From Escherichia coli (GTDB taxonomy: Bacteria; Pseudomonadota; Gammaproteobacteria; Enterobacterales; Enterobacteriaceae): a stretch of DNA of 64,000 nt. Each line of letters opens with the position of its first letter. The first letter of the stretch is position 1. The stretch lies in assembly GCF_044324875.1 (NCBI RefSeq), contig NZ_CP172185.1; one strand, 5' to 3'. Position numbers and translations under genes: made by a program. Positions 10,663-18,265 of this stretch are shown here, piece by piece. Under the pieces are notes generated by a model. That model did not search any database, had not been told where the DNA came from, and saw only the letters and a program-made list of their open reading frames with translations.

Positions 10663-11107
10663 CATCCGTCCGGACGCAGCAGGCGAAGCCATCATAACGC
10701 TAATGCACGCGCTGATTGATATTTCATGCACGGCAGCAACCGCAGAAAAACACATTACCAGAGAGCCGGAATATACAGGGGCAATAATCCCGCATTCGCT
10801 GGCCTACGCACAGCTAACCGCTGATATGGCGCTGAATGAGGCTAAAGCCATCCTGATTGCTGATTGTGAAAATGGGGGGGGGGTTATGCGTGATGATCGT
10901 TTTAATTCCCTGAAACAGGAATTTTCCGGCGTTCCTGATAATGCGGCTGATGCGCTTTCGTCAATATCTGAAATTATGCGGGTGGCTTTTTTCTTTCTTT
11001 GCACTGATGAGCACAGGGATACAGGGCTAAATATTCTTGATATCGCCGCTAATTATGCTGATTTCGTAACGGAAACTGTTTTAAGAAAAACGACGGACGG
11101 GGATTAA
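10652..11107 (+). CDS. hypothetical protein
   Basis: 151-aa ORF translationally coupled to its neighbours. No recognisable motif. Confidence 0.45.
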   Translation: MCNNIRPDAAGEAIITLMHALIDISCTAATAEKHITREPEYTGAIIPHSLAYAQLTADMALNEAKAILIADCENGGGVMRDDRFNSLKQEFSGVPDNAADALSSISEIMRVAFFFLCTDEHRDTGLNILDIAANYADFVTETVLRKTTDGD

Positions 11108-11108
11108 T

Positions 11109-11342
11109 ATGCGTGATATTTACCACGAAACAATAGACCGCGCATTTCTTGCACTTTCTCACAGTGAAAATATGTTGGAAATATTGCGCATATGTCTTGA
11201 AACGCTTGGAGATAATGAACGTGATAAACAGAAATCAATGATTGTCACGGCATTAATAACGCTTCTTGAGCCTGTAATAAATGAGTTGCAGGAAATAGAG
11301 ACATTACACGACCAGTATAAAGCGCCCCACACCGGAGAATAA
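11109..11342 (+). CDS. hypothetical protein
   Basis: 77-aa ORF with tight spacing inside the operon. Confidence 0.4.
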   Translation: MRDIYHETIDRAFLALSHSENMLEILRICLETLGDNERDKQKSMIVTALITLLEPVINELQEIETLHDQYKAPHTGE

Positions 11343-11347
11343 AAAAC

Positions 11348-11635
11348 ATGAAAAATAAAAATTCTGGCGTTAATGCCAGCGGCCCCGCTCGTCCTGAAAT
11401 CCGTCCCGGCGATATTTTCCGTGATAACTACGGCGGCACGGTAATGATTAAGGGCGTGGAAGAACGGCGCGTAACCTACCGCCGTGATGGCTACGAATAT
11501 GACTGCGTTATGCCTGTTTATCAGTTCCGGCGTGATTTCACGCTGGTGGGCCATCGTAAAGCCGTTAATCAGAAACGTGCTGCAAGTTATATCCGCAAAA
11601 TCCGTGAAATGCTGGTCGCAGGGGGTAAGAAATGA
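11348..11635 (+). CDS. hypothetical protein
   Basis: 95-aa ORF overlapping the rep start (ATGA). Confidence 0.45.
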   Translation: MKNKNSGVNASGPARPEIRPGDIFRDNYGGTVMIKGVEERRVTYRRDGYEYDCVMPVYQFRRDFTLVGHRKAVNQKRAASYIRKIREMLVAGGKK

Positions 11636-13038
11636 AACTTGCACCGAACGTAAAACTGTTACCGAAAGATAAACACACTGAGGCGGTTATTTTTGCGGGT
11701 GATAATGCTCACTCCTTTGCAGAACATTACATGATTGCACAGGCCAAAAAAGCAGGCGATCCCATCCCTCCGGTTTACCTGGGCCGTTATCAGTTAAGCG
11801 AACTGGACAACTTACAGATTGTTGATGAAGGACGATACAGGGCAAAGGTCATACGCGCCGGAAACCTGGACGATATGCAGATGCTGACCATTGCCACAAA
11901 ACTGGCGATCGCCGGAGTCCAGGAGGCGCGCCTACTTTCTGAAAATTTCGAACTGCTGGAGGACTGGAGCGACCAGCTACCACGACTACGGGAAACATGG
12001 GAGAGAGGGGAAAGCCTGGTCATGAATGGCGGAAAGCGAAAAATCACACTTCCCATCTCATGGGGTTCTGAGGGATTCGATGCGCAGCAAAGCTACGTCA
12101 TTAAGGGGCTTATTCCGGCTGAGTCATTATGCAGCACCTACGGGGCCAGCGGTTCTTATAAATCGTTCCTCGCCATTTCCTGGTCGTGCCATGTTGCCAC
12201 AGGTATGGCATGGGGAGGCCGCAGGGTAAGTAAGGGTGCGGTTATCTATATCGCTGGCGAAGGCAGCATGGGCGTAAAACGCCGCGTTAAGGCGTGGGAG
12301 ATAACCCACGACAAGGTGGTTACAGATTTGTGCATCATTAACGCGCCTGTTTTCCCTGCATCGCCTGACTATGTGGAGCAGGTTATCAGGACTGCCGGAC
12401 TTGTTAAGAGCAGAACGGGCGAAAATGTGCGGCTGATTGTGATCGACACGCTGGCCCGTTGCTTTGGTGGGAATGATGAAAATGATTCCCGTGATATGGG
12501 CGCATTTATCCAGGGGTGTGACGCGATAAAGCAGGCCACAGGGGCCACGGTGCTGGTGGTTCACCATTCCGGCAAGGATGAAACAAAGGGGGCGCGTGGT
12601 TCCAGTGCATTCCGTGCCGCGCTTGATGCAGAGTACCGAATCAGCCGCGAAAATTCAGACGTTACAGCACTGGTCGCAGCATGTACGAAGATGAAGGACG
12701 CAGAGGAGCCAAAAGAGAGCGCATACGACCTTAAAAGCGTGGAGGTGTTCACCGATACAGATGGCGAAGAAATTGTGTCCATGGTGGTGATTGACGTTCC
12801 CCGCGCCCCTGCTGAACTGGAGCGCATCGAGGAGGCAGGCAACAAGACGGAAAACCATACCGCGCTATGGGGGTGCATCCGTTCACGCACACAGAACGGC
12901 GACAAGTGCACGATCCCGCTGTTACGTGATGACATGAAACGGCTTGGGTATGACGTGAAAAATATGCGGCGATGGTTAGCCAAACTGGAAAAAGACGCCG
13001 TGATTTACATTGATGGTGATGATGTAGGACCACTGTAA
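11632..13038 (+). CDS. replication initiator / RepA-like RecA-fold NTPase (AAA_25-type)
   Basis: 468 aa with Walker A YGASGSYKSFLAI, Walker B LIVIDTLARCF and VLVVHHSGKDETKG. These are typical of RepA/AAA_25 helicase-like satellite and plasmid replication proteins. The iteron array follows immediately. Confidence 0.75.
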   Translation: MKLAPNVKLLPKDKHTEAVIFAGDNAHSFAEHYMIAQAKKAGDPIPPVYLGRYQLSELDNLQIVDEGRYRAKVIRAGNLDDMQMLTIATKLAIAGVQEARLLSENFELLEDWSDQLPRLRETWERGESLVMNGGKRKITLPISWGSEGFDAQQSYVIKGLIPAESLCSTYGASGSYKSFLAISWSCHVATGMAWGGRRVSKGAVIYIAGEGSMGVKRRVKAWEITHDKVVTDLCIINAPVFPASPDYVEQVIRTAGLVKSRTGENVRLIVIDTLARCFGGNDENDSRDMGAFIQGCDAIKQATGATVLVVHHSGKDETKGARGSSAFRAALDAEYRISRENSDVTALVAACTKMKDAEEPKESAYDLKSVEVFTDTDGEEIVSMVVIDVPRAPAELERIEEAGNKTENHTALWGCIRSRTQNGDKCTIPLLRDDMKRLGYDVKNMRRWLAKLEKDAVIYIDGDDVGPL

Positions 13039-13237
13039 AAAGTGAGTAGTAAAAGTGAGTAATGGTGAGGTTTTTACAAAATATTAACACAATTACTCAC
13101 TTTCTCACCTGTATACATGCTCAAAAGTGAGCAGTGAAAAAACACTTATGAAACATGCACATATAAAACACAAAAATCTCAAGTGAGACGAAGTGAGACG
13201 CTTTAAAAAGTGAGTAGTAAAAGTGAGAGATGGTGAG
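13037..13237. repeat. iteron-type replication origin (multiple agtgag-based repeats)
   Basis: The 33-mer aaaaagtgagtagtaaaagtgag(t/a)(a/g)atggtgag occurs at 13037-13069 and 13205-13237. Shorter copies are aggtgagaaagtgagtaa (inverted, 13093-13110), aaaagtgagcagtgaaaa and aagtgagacgaagtgagacg, all in AT-rich surroundings. Confidence 0.6.
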
Positions 13238-13239
13238 CA

Positions 13240-13608
13240 ATGAATAAAAACCGAACAGCAGGACAAAATACCGAAGGTAAATTTATGAACACTGAAATTG
13301 AAACACTGAGCATATCAACTGCCCTTCCTGGCTGGTGGGCTAAGTTCAAAGACGACGACGGCACGGAATGGTATAGCCCAATTGCTGCATGGGCGCTTTG
13401 TGATATCCACCATTTCGGCACCGGAGATACTTACCGCGAAATCTTACCCGTGCTGACCAGTGAGCTGGGCATGAGTCCGCATAGTCCTGATGAGGGAATG
13501 TGCGAGTGCCTTTATCTGCCGGATAAGAAGTTTGTTCACTGTGGTGAATCGATGGTATTTGCCTGGTATCCGGTTAACGACAGCAGCAATAGCGGTACTC
13601 TGGAGTAA
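13240..13608 (+). CDS. hypothetical protein
   Basis: 122-aa ORF starting right after the iterons. Confidence 0.45.
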   Translation: MNKNRTAGQNTEGKFMNTEIETLSISTALPGWWAKFKDDDGTEWYSPIAAWALCDIHHFGTGDTYREILPVLTSELGMSPHSPDEGMCECLYLPDKKFVHCGESMVFAWYPVNDSSNSGTLE

Positions 13609-13611
13609 ATC

Positions 13612-13854
13612 ATGAAGGTAAACCACAAAAAGACAGATCACCGCGCCATTGACCTTACAGAGCACTGGCTGAGGGTGGCGATAAAAATCATCGACCGCAA
13701 CACGGGGGAAGGATACGCGAAAGCACATCCCGAACTGATAAGTGCATTCATGACCACAGCGGCGGCAAACTTTGCCACGCTGACAGAGCGGGATATTGCC
13801 GAAGCAGAACAGGTAACAACCATCAACGTTAAAACCAGTGAGGTGGAATCATGA
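13612..13854 (+). CDS. hypothetical protein
   Basis: 80-aa ORF whose stop overlaps the ssb start. Confidence 0.4.
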   Translation: MKVNHKKTDHRAIDLTEHWLRVAIKIIDRNTGEGYAKAHPELISAFMTTAAANFATLTERDIAEAEQVTTINVKTSEVES

Positions 13855-14261
13855 CAGCACAGATAGCGGCTTACGGGCGGCTGGTGGACGACCCGCAGGT
13901 AAAACAGACCAGTAAGGGTACACCGATGACGCTGGCGCGTATGGCGGTATCTTTACCATGCGGCCAGGCACAGGACGGACAGGCGACGTTATGGTTATCG
14001 GTCATCGCATTTGGCAAACAGGCCGACTTTCTGGCTAAACATCAAAAAGGCGACGTTGCCAGCGTATCCGGCACGATGCAGGTCAGCCAGTGGACCGGAC
14101 AGAACGGGGAAACGCGGCAGGGTTATCAGGTTATTGCAGACAGCGTAATCAGTGCCCGTGCGGCACGTCCTGGCGGGAACAGACGCAAAACCACAGGCAC
14201 ACAGGGTAATCAGCCACCAGCGGGAGGCGATGACCCTTACGGTGATGATATTCCGTTCTGA
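13851..14261 (+). CDS. ssb: single-stranded DNA-binding protein (phage-type SSB)
   Basis: 136 aa with an OB-fold-like N-terminus, a Gly/Pro/Gln-rich linker and the canonical acidic C-terminal tail ...DDPYGDDIPF. Confidence 0.7.
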   Translation: MTAQIAAYGRLVDDPQVKQTSKGTPMTLARMAVSLPCGQAQDGQATLWLSVIAFGKQADFLAKHQKGDVASVSGTMQVSQWTGQNGETRQGYQVIADSVISARAARPGGNRRKTTGTQGNQPPAGGDDPYGDDIPF

Positions 14262-14271
14262 GGGGGTGACG

Positions 14272-14544
14272 ATGGTACATGACCGCATAGCGGAGGAACT
14301 CGAGGCAAAAGGATTTTACCGGAGGGCGGCGGCGCGATGGGGTGAAGTTATGAGGCTGGTGAGCACTGACAAGGAGCGCGAACAGGTGGCAATGCGACGG
14401 CTGGAATGTTCCCTGAAGGCACAGAGGCCACCGGAGCCGCCGGATGATTTAGGCGCTCTGAAAAGGTCAGTTAATCGCACTGAAAAACAAATGGGGATAG
14501 CTGGTATTGGCAAAGCAATATGGCGCAACTACCCGCAGAAGTGA
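14272..14544 (+). CDS. PerC-family-like transcriptional activator
   Basis: MVHDRIAEELEAKGFYRRAAARWGEVM... The N-terminus matches the A.ELE..G.xRRAA.RW motif of PerC-type regulators. The longer ORF 14152..14544 overlaps ssb, so the start at 14272 is preferred. Confidence 0.5.
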   Translation: MVHDRIAEELEAKGFYRRAAARWGEVMRLVSTDKEREQVAMRRLECSLKAQRPPEPPDDLGALKRSVNRTEKQMGIAGIGKAIWRNYPQK

Positions 14545-14551
14545 GCACACA

Positions 14552-14622
14552 GCCGGAGCAATCCGGCTTTTTTACGCCTAAAAAAAGCCCGATAAGGTCA
14601 AAGGGGGCTTATCGGGCTTTTG
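14552..14622 (+). terminator. tandem rho-independent terminators ending the early/replication operon
   Basis: agccggagcaatccggcttttttac and aaaaagcccgataaggtcaaagggggcttatcgggcttttgt. Confidence 0.6.
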
Positions 14623-14784
14623 TAGAGGAGGTTTTTTATGGTGCACTGGCACACATGATCGGGATAATCATTTCATAATTTGCAACATAACTCAATATTG
14701 TTGCGCAAAATGCAATCATGATTATAATCAGGACTGGATGAACATCCAGTTATGATTTTTTAAGTCAAAGAGGAATTTCTGACT

Positions 14785-14991
14785 ATGGCAGAAGAGAAAA
14801 AAGGCGGGGTGACGGTCTACATAAGCCCCGACATCGTGGAGGCGCTCAAGGAACGCCACCAGCAGAATGTAAAAGCAGGCATTGCGGCAGGACTTGATCC
14901 GCTGGCGATGGTTGAGCCGTCAACAGGCTGGCAGGTGCGTACCTATTTACGTGCGGCGCTGGGTATCAATCAGGTTCACGGAGGTGAATAA
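14785..14991 (+). CDS. hypothetical small protein, first gene of the capsid operon
   Basis: 68-aa ORF with an RBS (aagaggaa). Its stop overlaps the MCP start (TAATG). It follows an AT-rich promoter-like region (14630-14784) that contains the partial palindrome ttgcaacat...ttgttgcgcaaaatgcaa. Confidence 0.4.
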   Translation: MAEEKKGGVTVYISPDIVEALKERHQQNVKAGIAAGLDPLAMVEPSTGWQVRTYLRAALGINQVHGGE

Positions 14992-16046
14992 TGACAGGCA
15001 AAGCAAAGGCACTTACAACTAACCAGCTTTTCGCGTACCTGAATCGCGGGGATATTTCGGAATATAAATTTAGTCCGCTGTTTACCACGCTGTTTTTCCC
15101 GAACGTGGCGACCTTCAACACCCAAAACATCATGCTGGACACCCTGGACATTGAAGAGGTTACGATGTCAGCGTTCTGTTCTCCTATGGTGGGTAGTCAG
15201 GTCCAGCGCGATAAAGGGTACGAAACCAGCACGATTAAACCAGGCTACATGAAGCCAAAGCACGAAATCGATCCAACAAAGACCATCATGCGCATGGATG
15301 GAGAAGATCCGGCACAGCTTAACGATCCAACTTACCGCCGTATGCGCCTGATTACTGGCAACATGCGCCGCCAGATAAACGCCATTAAGGCGCGCGTGGA
15401 ATGGCTGGCGGTGAATGCGGTAACGACCGGAAAAAACATCATTGAGGGCGAAGGCATAGAACGCTATGAAATCGACTGGAAAATACCGGAAAACTGCATC
15501 ATACAGCAGGCCAGTGGTAAAAAATGGTCCCAGCAGGATAAAGACATGCACGACCCAATCTATGACATCGAGCTTTATGCTGATCAGGCAGGTTGCCCCG
15601 CCAACGTCATGATTATGGGCGGTGAGGTATGGCGCACATTACGCAGCTTTAAAAAATTCCGTGAACTGTACGATCTTTCCCGTGGATCAGAATCCGCCGC
15701 CGAGCTGGCCTGTAAAAACCTGGGCGAAGTGGTGAGCTTTAAAGGCTATCTTGGTGATCTGGCCCTTATCGTCTATTCCGGCAAATACACTGACAGCGAC
15801 GGGACCGAAAAATATTTCCTTGAGCCTGATTTGCTGGTCCTGGGTAACACCAACAATAAAGGGCTGGTGGCATATGGTGCGATTATGGATCAGGAAGCGG
15901 TAAGAACGGGCGCAACGCAAAACATGTACTACCCGAAAAACTGGATTGAGGACGGCGATCCGGCGATTGAGTACGTGCAGACGCACAGCGCACCGCAGCC
16001 TGTACCGGCAGATATTCGCAAATTTGTTACCGTCAAAATTGCTTAA
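14991..16046 (+). CDS. major capsid protein, lambda gpE family
   Basis: 351 aa, alignable over its full length with lambda gpE. Shared blocks include F.PLF..LFF, KPGYMKPKHEIDP (lambda KPGYVKPKHEVNP), EDPAQLNDPTYRRMR (lambda EDPQNLADPAYRRRR), YSGKY, YPKNW..GDPA and SAP. Confidence 0.85.
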   Translation: MTGKAKALTTNQLFAYLNRGDISEYKFSPLFTTLFFPNVATFNTQNIMLDTLDIEEVTMSAFCSPMVGSQVQRDKGYETSTIKPGYMKPKHEIDPTKTIMRMDGEDPAQLNDPTYRRMRLITGNMRRQINAIKARVEWLAVNAVTTGKNIIEGEGIERYEIDWKIPENCIIQQASGKKWSQQDKDMHDPIYDIELYADQAGCPANVMIMGGEVWRTLRSFKKFRELYDLSRGSESAAELACKNLGEVVSFKGYLGDLALIVYSGKYTDSDGTEKYFLEPDLLVLGNTNNKGLVAYGAIMDQEAVRTGATQNMYYPKNWIEDGDPAIEYVQTHSAPQPVPADIRKFVTVKIA

Positions 16047-16057
16047 CGGGGGATTCT

Positions 16058-16393
16058 ATGGACGCTCCATACATTGAGTTATTTTCAGGCAGCCAACAGG
16101 TATCCACGACGCTGGTACATTTTGCCGCTGATGCTGGCGTTATTCAGGAATTTACCCCGCTGATGCTGGCAGACAATGGCGAGTTTAAGCCGTGGGATGG
16201 TAAGGAATCTGGCAAGGCTGTTTATCTGACCTCGTACCCTGTGGACACGTCAAAGCAGAAATCAGCACAGTGTTACAAGACGGGGATATTCAATATTGCC
16301 GCCGTTAACTGGCCTGACAGCGTCGACACCGATGCGAAAAAATGCGCCGCCTTTGCGGGTTCCGGCGTATCCGTTCAGCCGCTGGCCCGATAA
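16058..16393 (+). CDS. head decoration protein, lambda gpD-like
   Basis: 111 aa, the same size as gpD. ...TPLMLADNGEFKPWDG... resembles lambda TPLMLDTSSRKLVAWDG. ...YKTGIFNIAAVNWPDSVDTDAKKCAAFAGSGVSV resembles lambda [35 protein letters not shown]. Confidence 0.7.
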   Translation: MDAPYIELFSGSQQVSTTLVHFAADAGVIQEFTPLMLADNGEFKPWDGKESGKAVYLTSYPVDTSKQKSAQCYKTGIFNIAAVNWPDSVDTDAKKCAAFAGSGVSVQPLAR

Positions 16394-16460
16394 GCAGGGG
16401 GAACGATGGCACAAACCAGGGCGATGACGGCGACATCTATCGCATACTGAAAACCATCTG

Positions 16461-16493
16461 AGACAAGGCCGGAGAAATCCGGCTTTTTTTGCG
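16461..16493 (+). terminator. rho-independent terminator after the capsid genes
   Basis: gacaaggccggagaaatccggctttttttgcgg. Confidence 0.6.
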
Positions 16494-16521
16494 GGTCCTT
16501 TCCGGCATGTGGACCCGTTAC

Positions 16522-16690
16522 GGGGCGTCGACCTCGCACGTTTTCGCTATTTATGAAAATTTTCCGGGAAAAAGCATGTCAGTTCTTCTTGTTATTAACA
16601 TATTGTTTTTAAAGAAATAACTATCAAGAAAGAAACGACATCATAATGATGAAAAATCTGTTTTTTTTGGCATTTCATGTCGTAACTGAT
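16522..16690. other. lambda-type cos site: cosN (cohesive-end sequence) plus cosB-like R3/I/R2/R1 sites upstream of the Nu1 homologue
   Basis: ggggcgtcgacctcgcacgttttcgctatttatgaaaattttccgg is near-identical to the lambda left end GGGCGGCGACCTCGCGGGTTTTCGCTATTTATGAAAATTTTCCGG. Downstream lie gttcttcttgttattaac (R3-like), aagaaagaaacgacatc (R2-like) and catgtcgtaactg (R1-like), separated by A/T-rich spacers. Confidence 0.7.
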
Positions 16691-16710
16691 TTTTGATAAG
16701 GAATTGCTGA

Positions 16711-17295
16711 ATGAATGTTAATAAAAAGAGGCTTGCCGAAATTTTTAACGTGGACCCGCGGACGATTGAACGCTGGCAGTCACAGGGGCTTCCTTGCGTC
16801 TCCAAAGGCAGTAAGGGCATTGAATCTGTATTTGATACTGCCATGGCAATTCAGTGGTATGCGCGGAGGGAAACTGATATCGAAAACGAAAAGCTCCGCA
16901 AAGAACTGGACGATTTGCGTGCGGCAGCGGAGTCAGATTTACAACCCGGCACCATTGACTATGAACGCTATCGGCTCACAAAAGCGCAGGCAGATGCGCA
17001 GGAACTTAAAAACGAGCGCGATCGCGGTGACGTGATTGATACAGAGTTTTGCATGTACGCGCTTTCAAAACTGGCGAGTCAGATTTCATCAATCATGGAC
17101 AGCCTCCCGCTTACTATGCAAAGGAGCTTCCCACAGATGACCCCCGCCATGCTGGATGGCCTGAAAAAAGAAGTTGTCAGAGCCTGTAACGCATGCACAA
17201 AACTTGATGAAAACATCCCGCGAATGCTGTCCGATTATCTGATGGAAACTACCGGAAATGTGCCTGATAAGTTTCAGCCGGATAAAGACAAGTAA
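16711..17295 (+). CDS. terminase small subunit, lambda Nu1 family
   Basis: [30 protein letters not shown]...[48 protein letters not shown]... closely parallels lambda Nu1 (MEVNKKQLADIFGASIRTIQNWQEQGMPV...[48 protein letters not shown]). A C-terminal segment like the gpA-interacting region is present. Confidence 0.85.
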   Translation: MNVNKKRLAEIFNVDPRTIERWQSQGLPCVSKGSKGIESVFDTAMAIQWYARRETDIENEKLRKELDDLRAAAESDLQPGTIDYERYRLTKAQADAQELKNERDRGDVIDTEFCMYALSKLASQISSIMDSLPLTMQRSFPQMTPAMLDGLKKEVVRACNACTKLDENIPRMLSDYLMETTGNVPDKFQPDKDK

Positions 17296-17554
17296 CGTAG
17301 TGCACAATGACCGAAGCCAGTTTACTGACTGGCTTTCAGCGTTGCGCTGGTGGGCGTTATGCGTCAGTGATAAACGTCTCCAATATTACTGATATTCGAC
17401 ATCCCCACCTCTCCACACCAGCTCGAATATCATTTTTCTCATTAAAAACAGGACATTAAAAACTGGTCAGATGTCCCATAAAAAGCCAAATGGGACAGGT
17501 CAAAAGCTTTTTTTGCAGTAATTTTCAATAGGTTACTTGATGTGGTGGTGTCCC

Positions 17555-17935
17555 ATGAAAATTCAAAAATCAGCCGTTTTCCGCGATGCTCCCGCCCCGT
17601 GGCAGGGCACCCCACAAGGAGGACCCGCCATCACTATGGAGGACATGACCATGACCGAGACCGAAGCGCTCGGGATAATCCGCAGTATTACCGGAATCAG
17701 CCAGCAGGCTGGCGAACAGGAGGCCACGCAGCCGGACAGCGTGATCGCCGAAAATTACGTGCGTGTTGTTGCTGATGTAATGCGCCGTGATGGTATTGAG
17801 CTTAACGGCGTGGATATGCGCGACATACGAATCAGAGTACTAGAGTTGCTGGCATACCGTCGACGCGTGGCGATGTATCAGGAGAGCGCGAAAAACACTT
17901 ATCAGTGGAAGAAGCCGGAGCGGTTACGGCGGTAA
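17555..17935 (+). CDS. hypothetical protein downstream of terS
   Basis: About 126 aa from MKIQKSAVF. It is Asp/Glu/Arg-rich with no recognisable motif, and occupies the slot where lambda would encode gpA. Confidence 0.4.
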   Translation: MKIQKSAVFRDAPAPWQGTPQGGPAITMEDMTMTETEALGIIRSITGISQQAGEQEATQPDSVIAENYVRVVADVMRRDGIELNGVDMRDIRIRVLELLAYRRRVAMYQESAKNTYQWKKPERLRR

Positions 17936-17939
17936 CTGG

Positions 17940-18265
17940 TTGATATTTTCGAAATTCGCCAGCGGCGAACATCGGGGAAACCAGCCTAACCAGTTGATTC
18001 TTTCGGAAACAGCCATTGGCGGAATCCGGCGCGGTAACTTGCTGATATTCCCGATAACGCAAAATTGCGCTGGCTACATCCCTCACATCTGAGGACTGAT
18101 AATGCGACATTGCGCTGGCTGGCAAAGTGCAAAATTGCACGATGGCCTAACCCATTGATTATTTCGAAAACCTGCAATGCAGGAAATCGGGGAAGTAAGC
18201 CTAAGCTATTGATTCTTTCGGAAACCTCAATTTGAGGAAGTCGGCGCGGTAACTCGCTGAACTTA
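17940..18265. repeat. two ~110-bp direct repeat units with conserved flanks and variable internal palindromes
   Basis: Unit 1 spans 17940-18050 and unit 2 spans 18152-18262. Each contains ttgat(a/t)tttcgaaa, then a perfect palindrome (ttcgccagcggcgaa or cctgcaatgcagg), then atcggggaa..agcctaa..ttgattctttcggaaac, then a second palindrome (gccattggc or cctcaatttgagg), then ..cggcgcggtaact.gctga. The spacer between units carries more palindromes (gcgcaaaattgcgc, cctcacatctgagg, gtgcaaaattgcac). Confidence 0.6.

Noticed and set aside
17940-18265. Repeat region considered as a CRISPR array
   Set aside because: There are only two long (~110 bp) imperfect units, not short identical repeats separated by unique spacers. 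There are no cas genes or leader.
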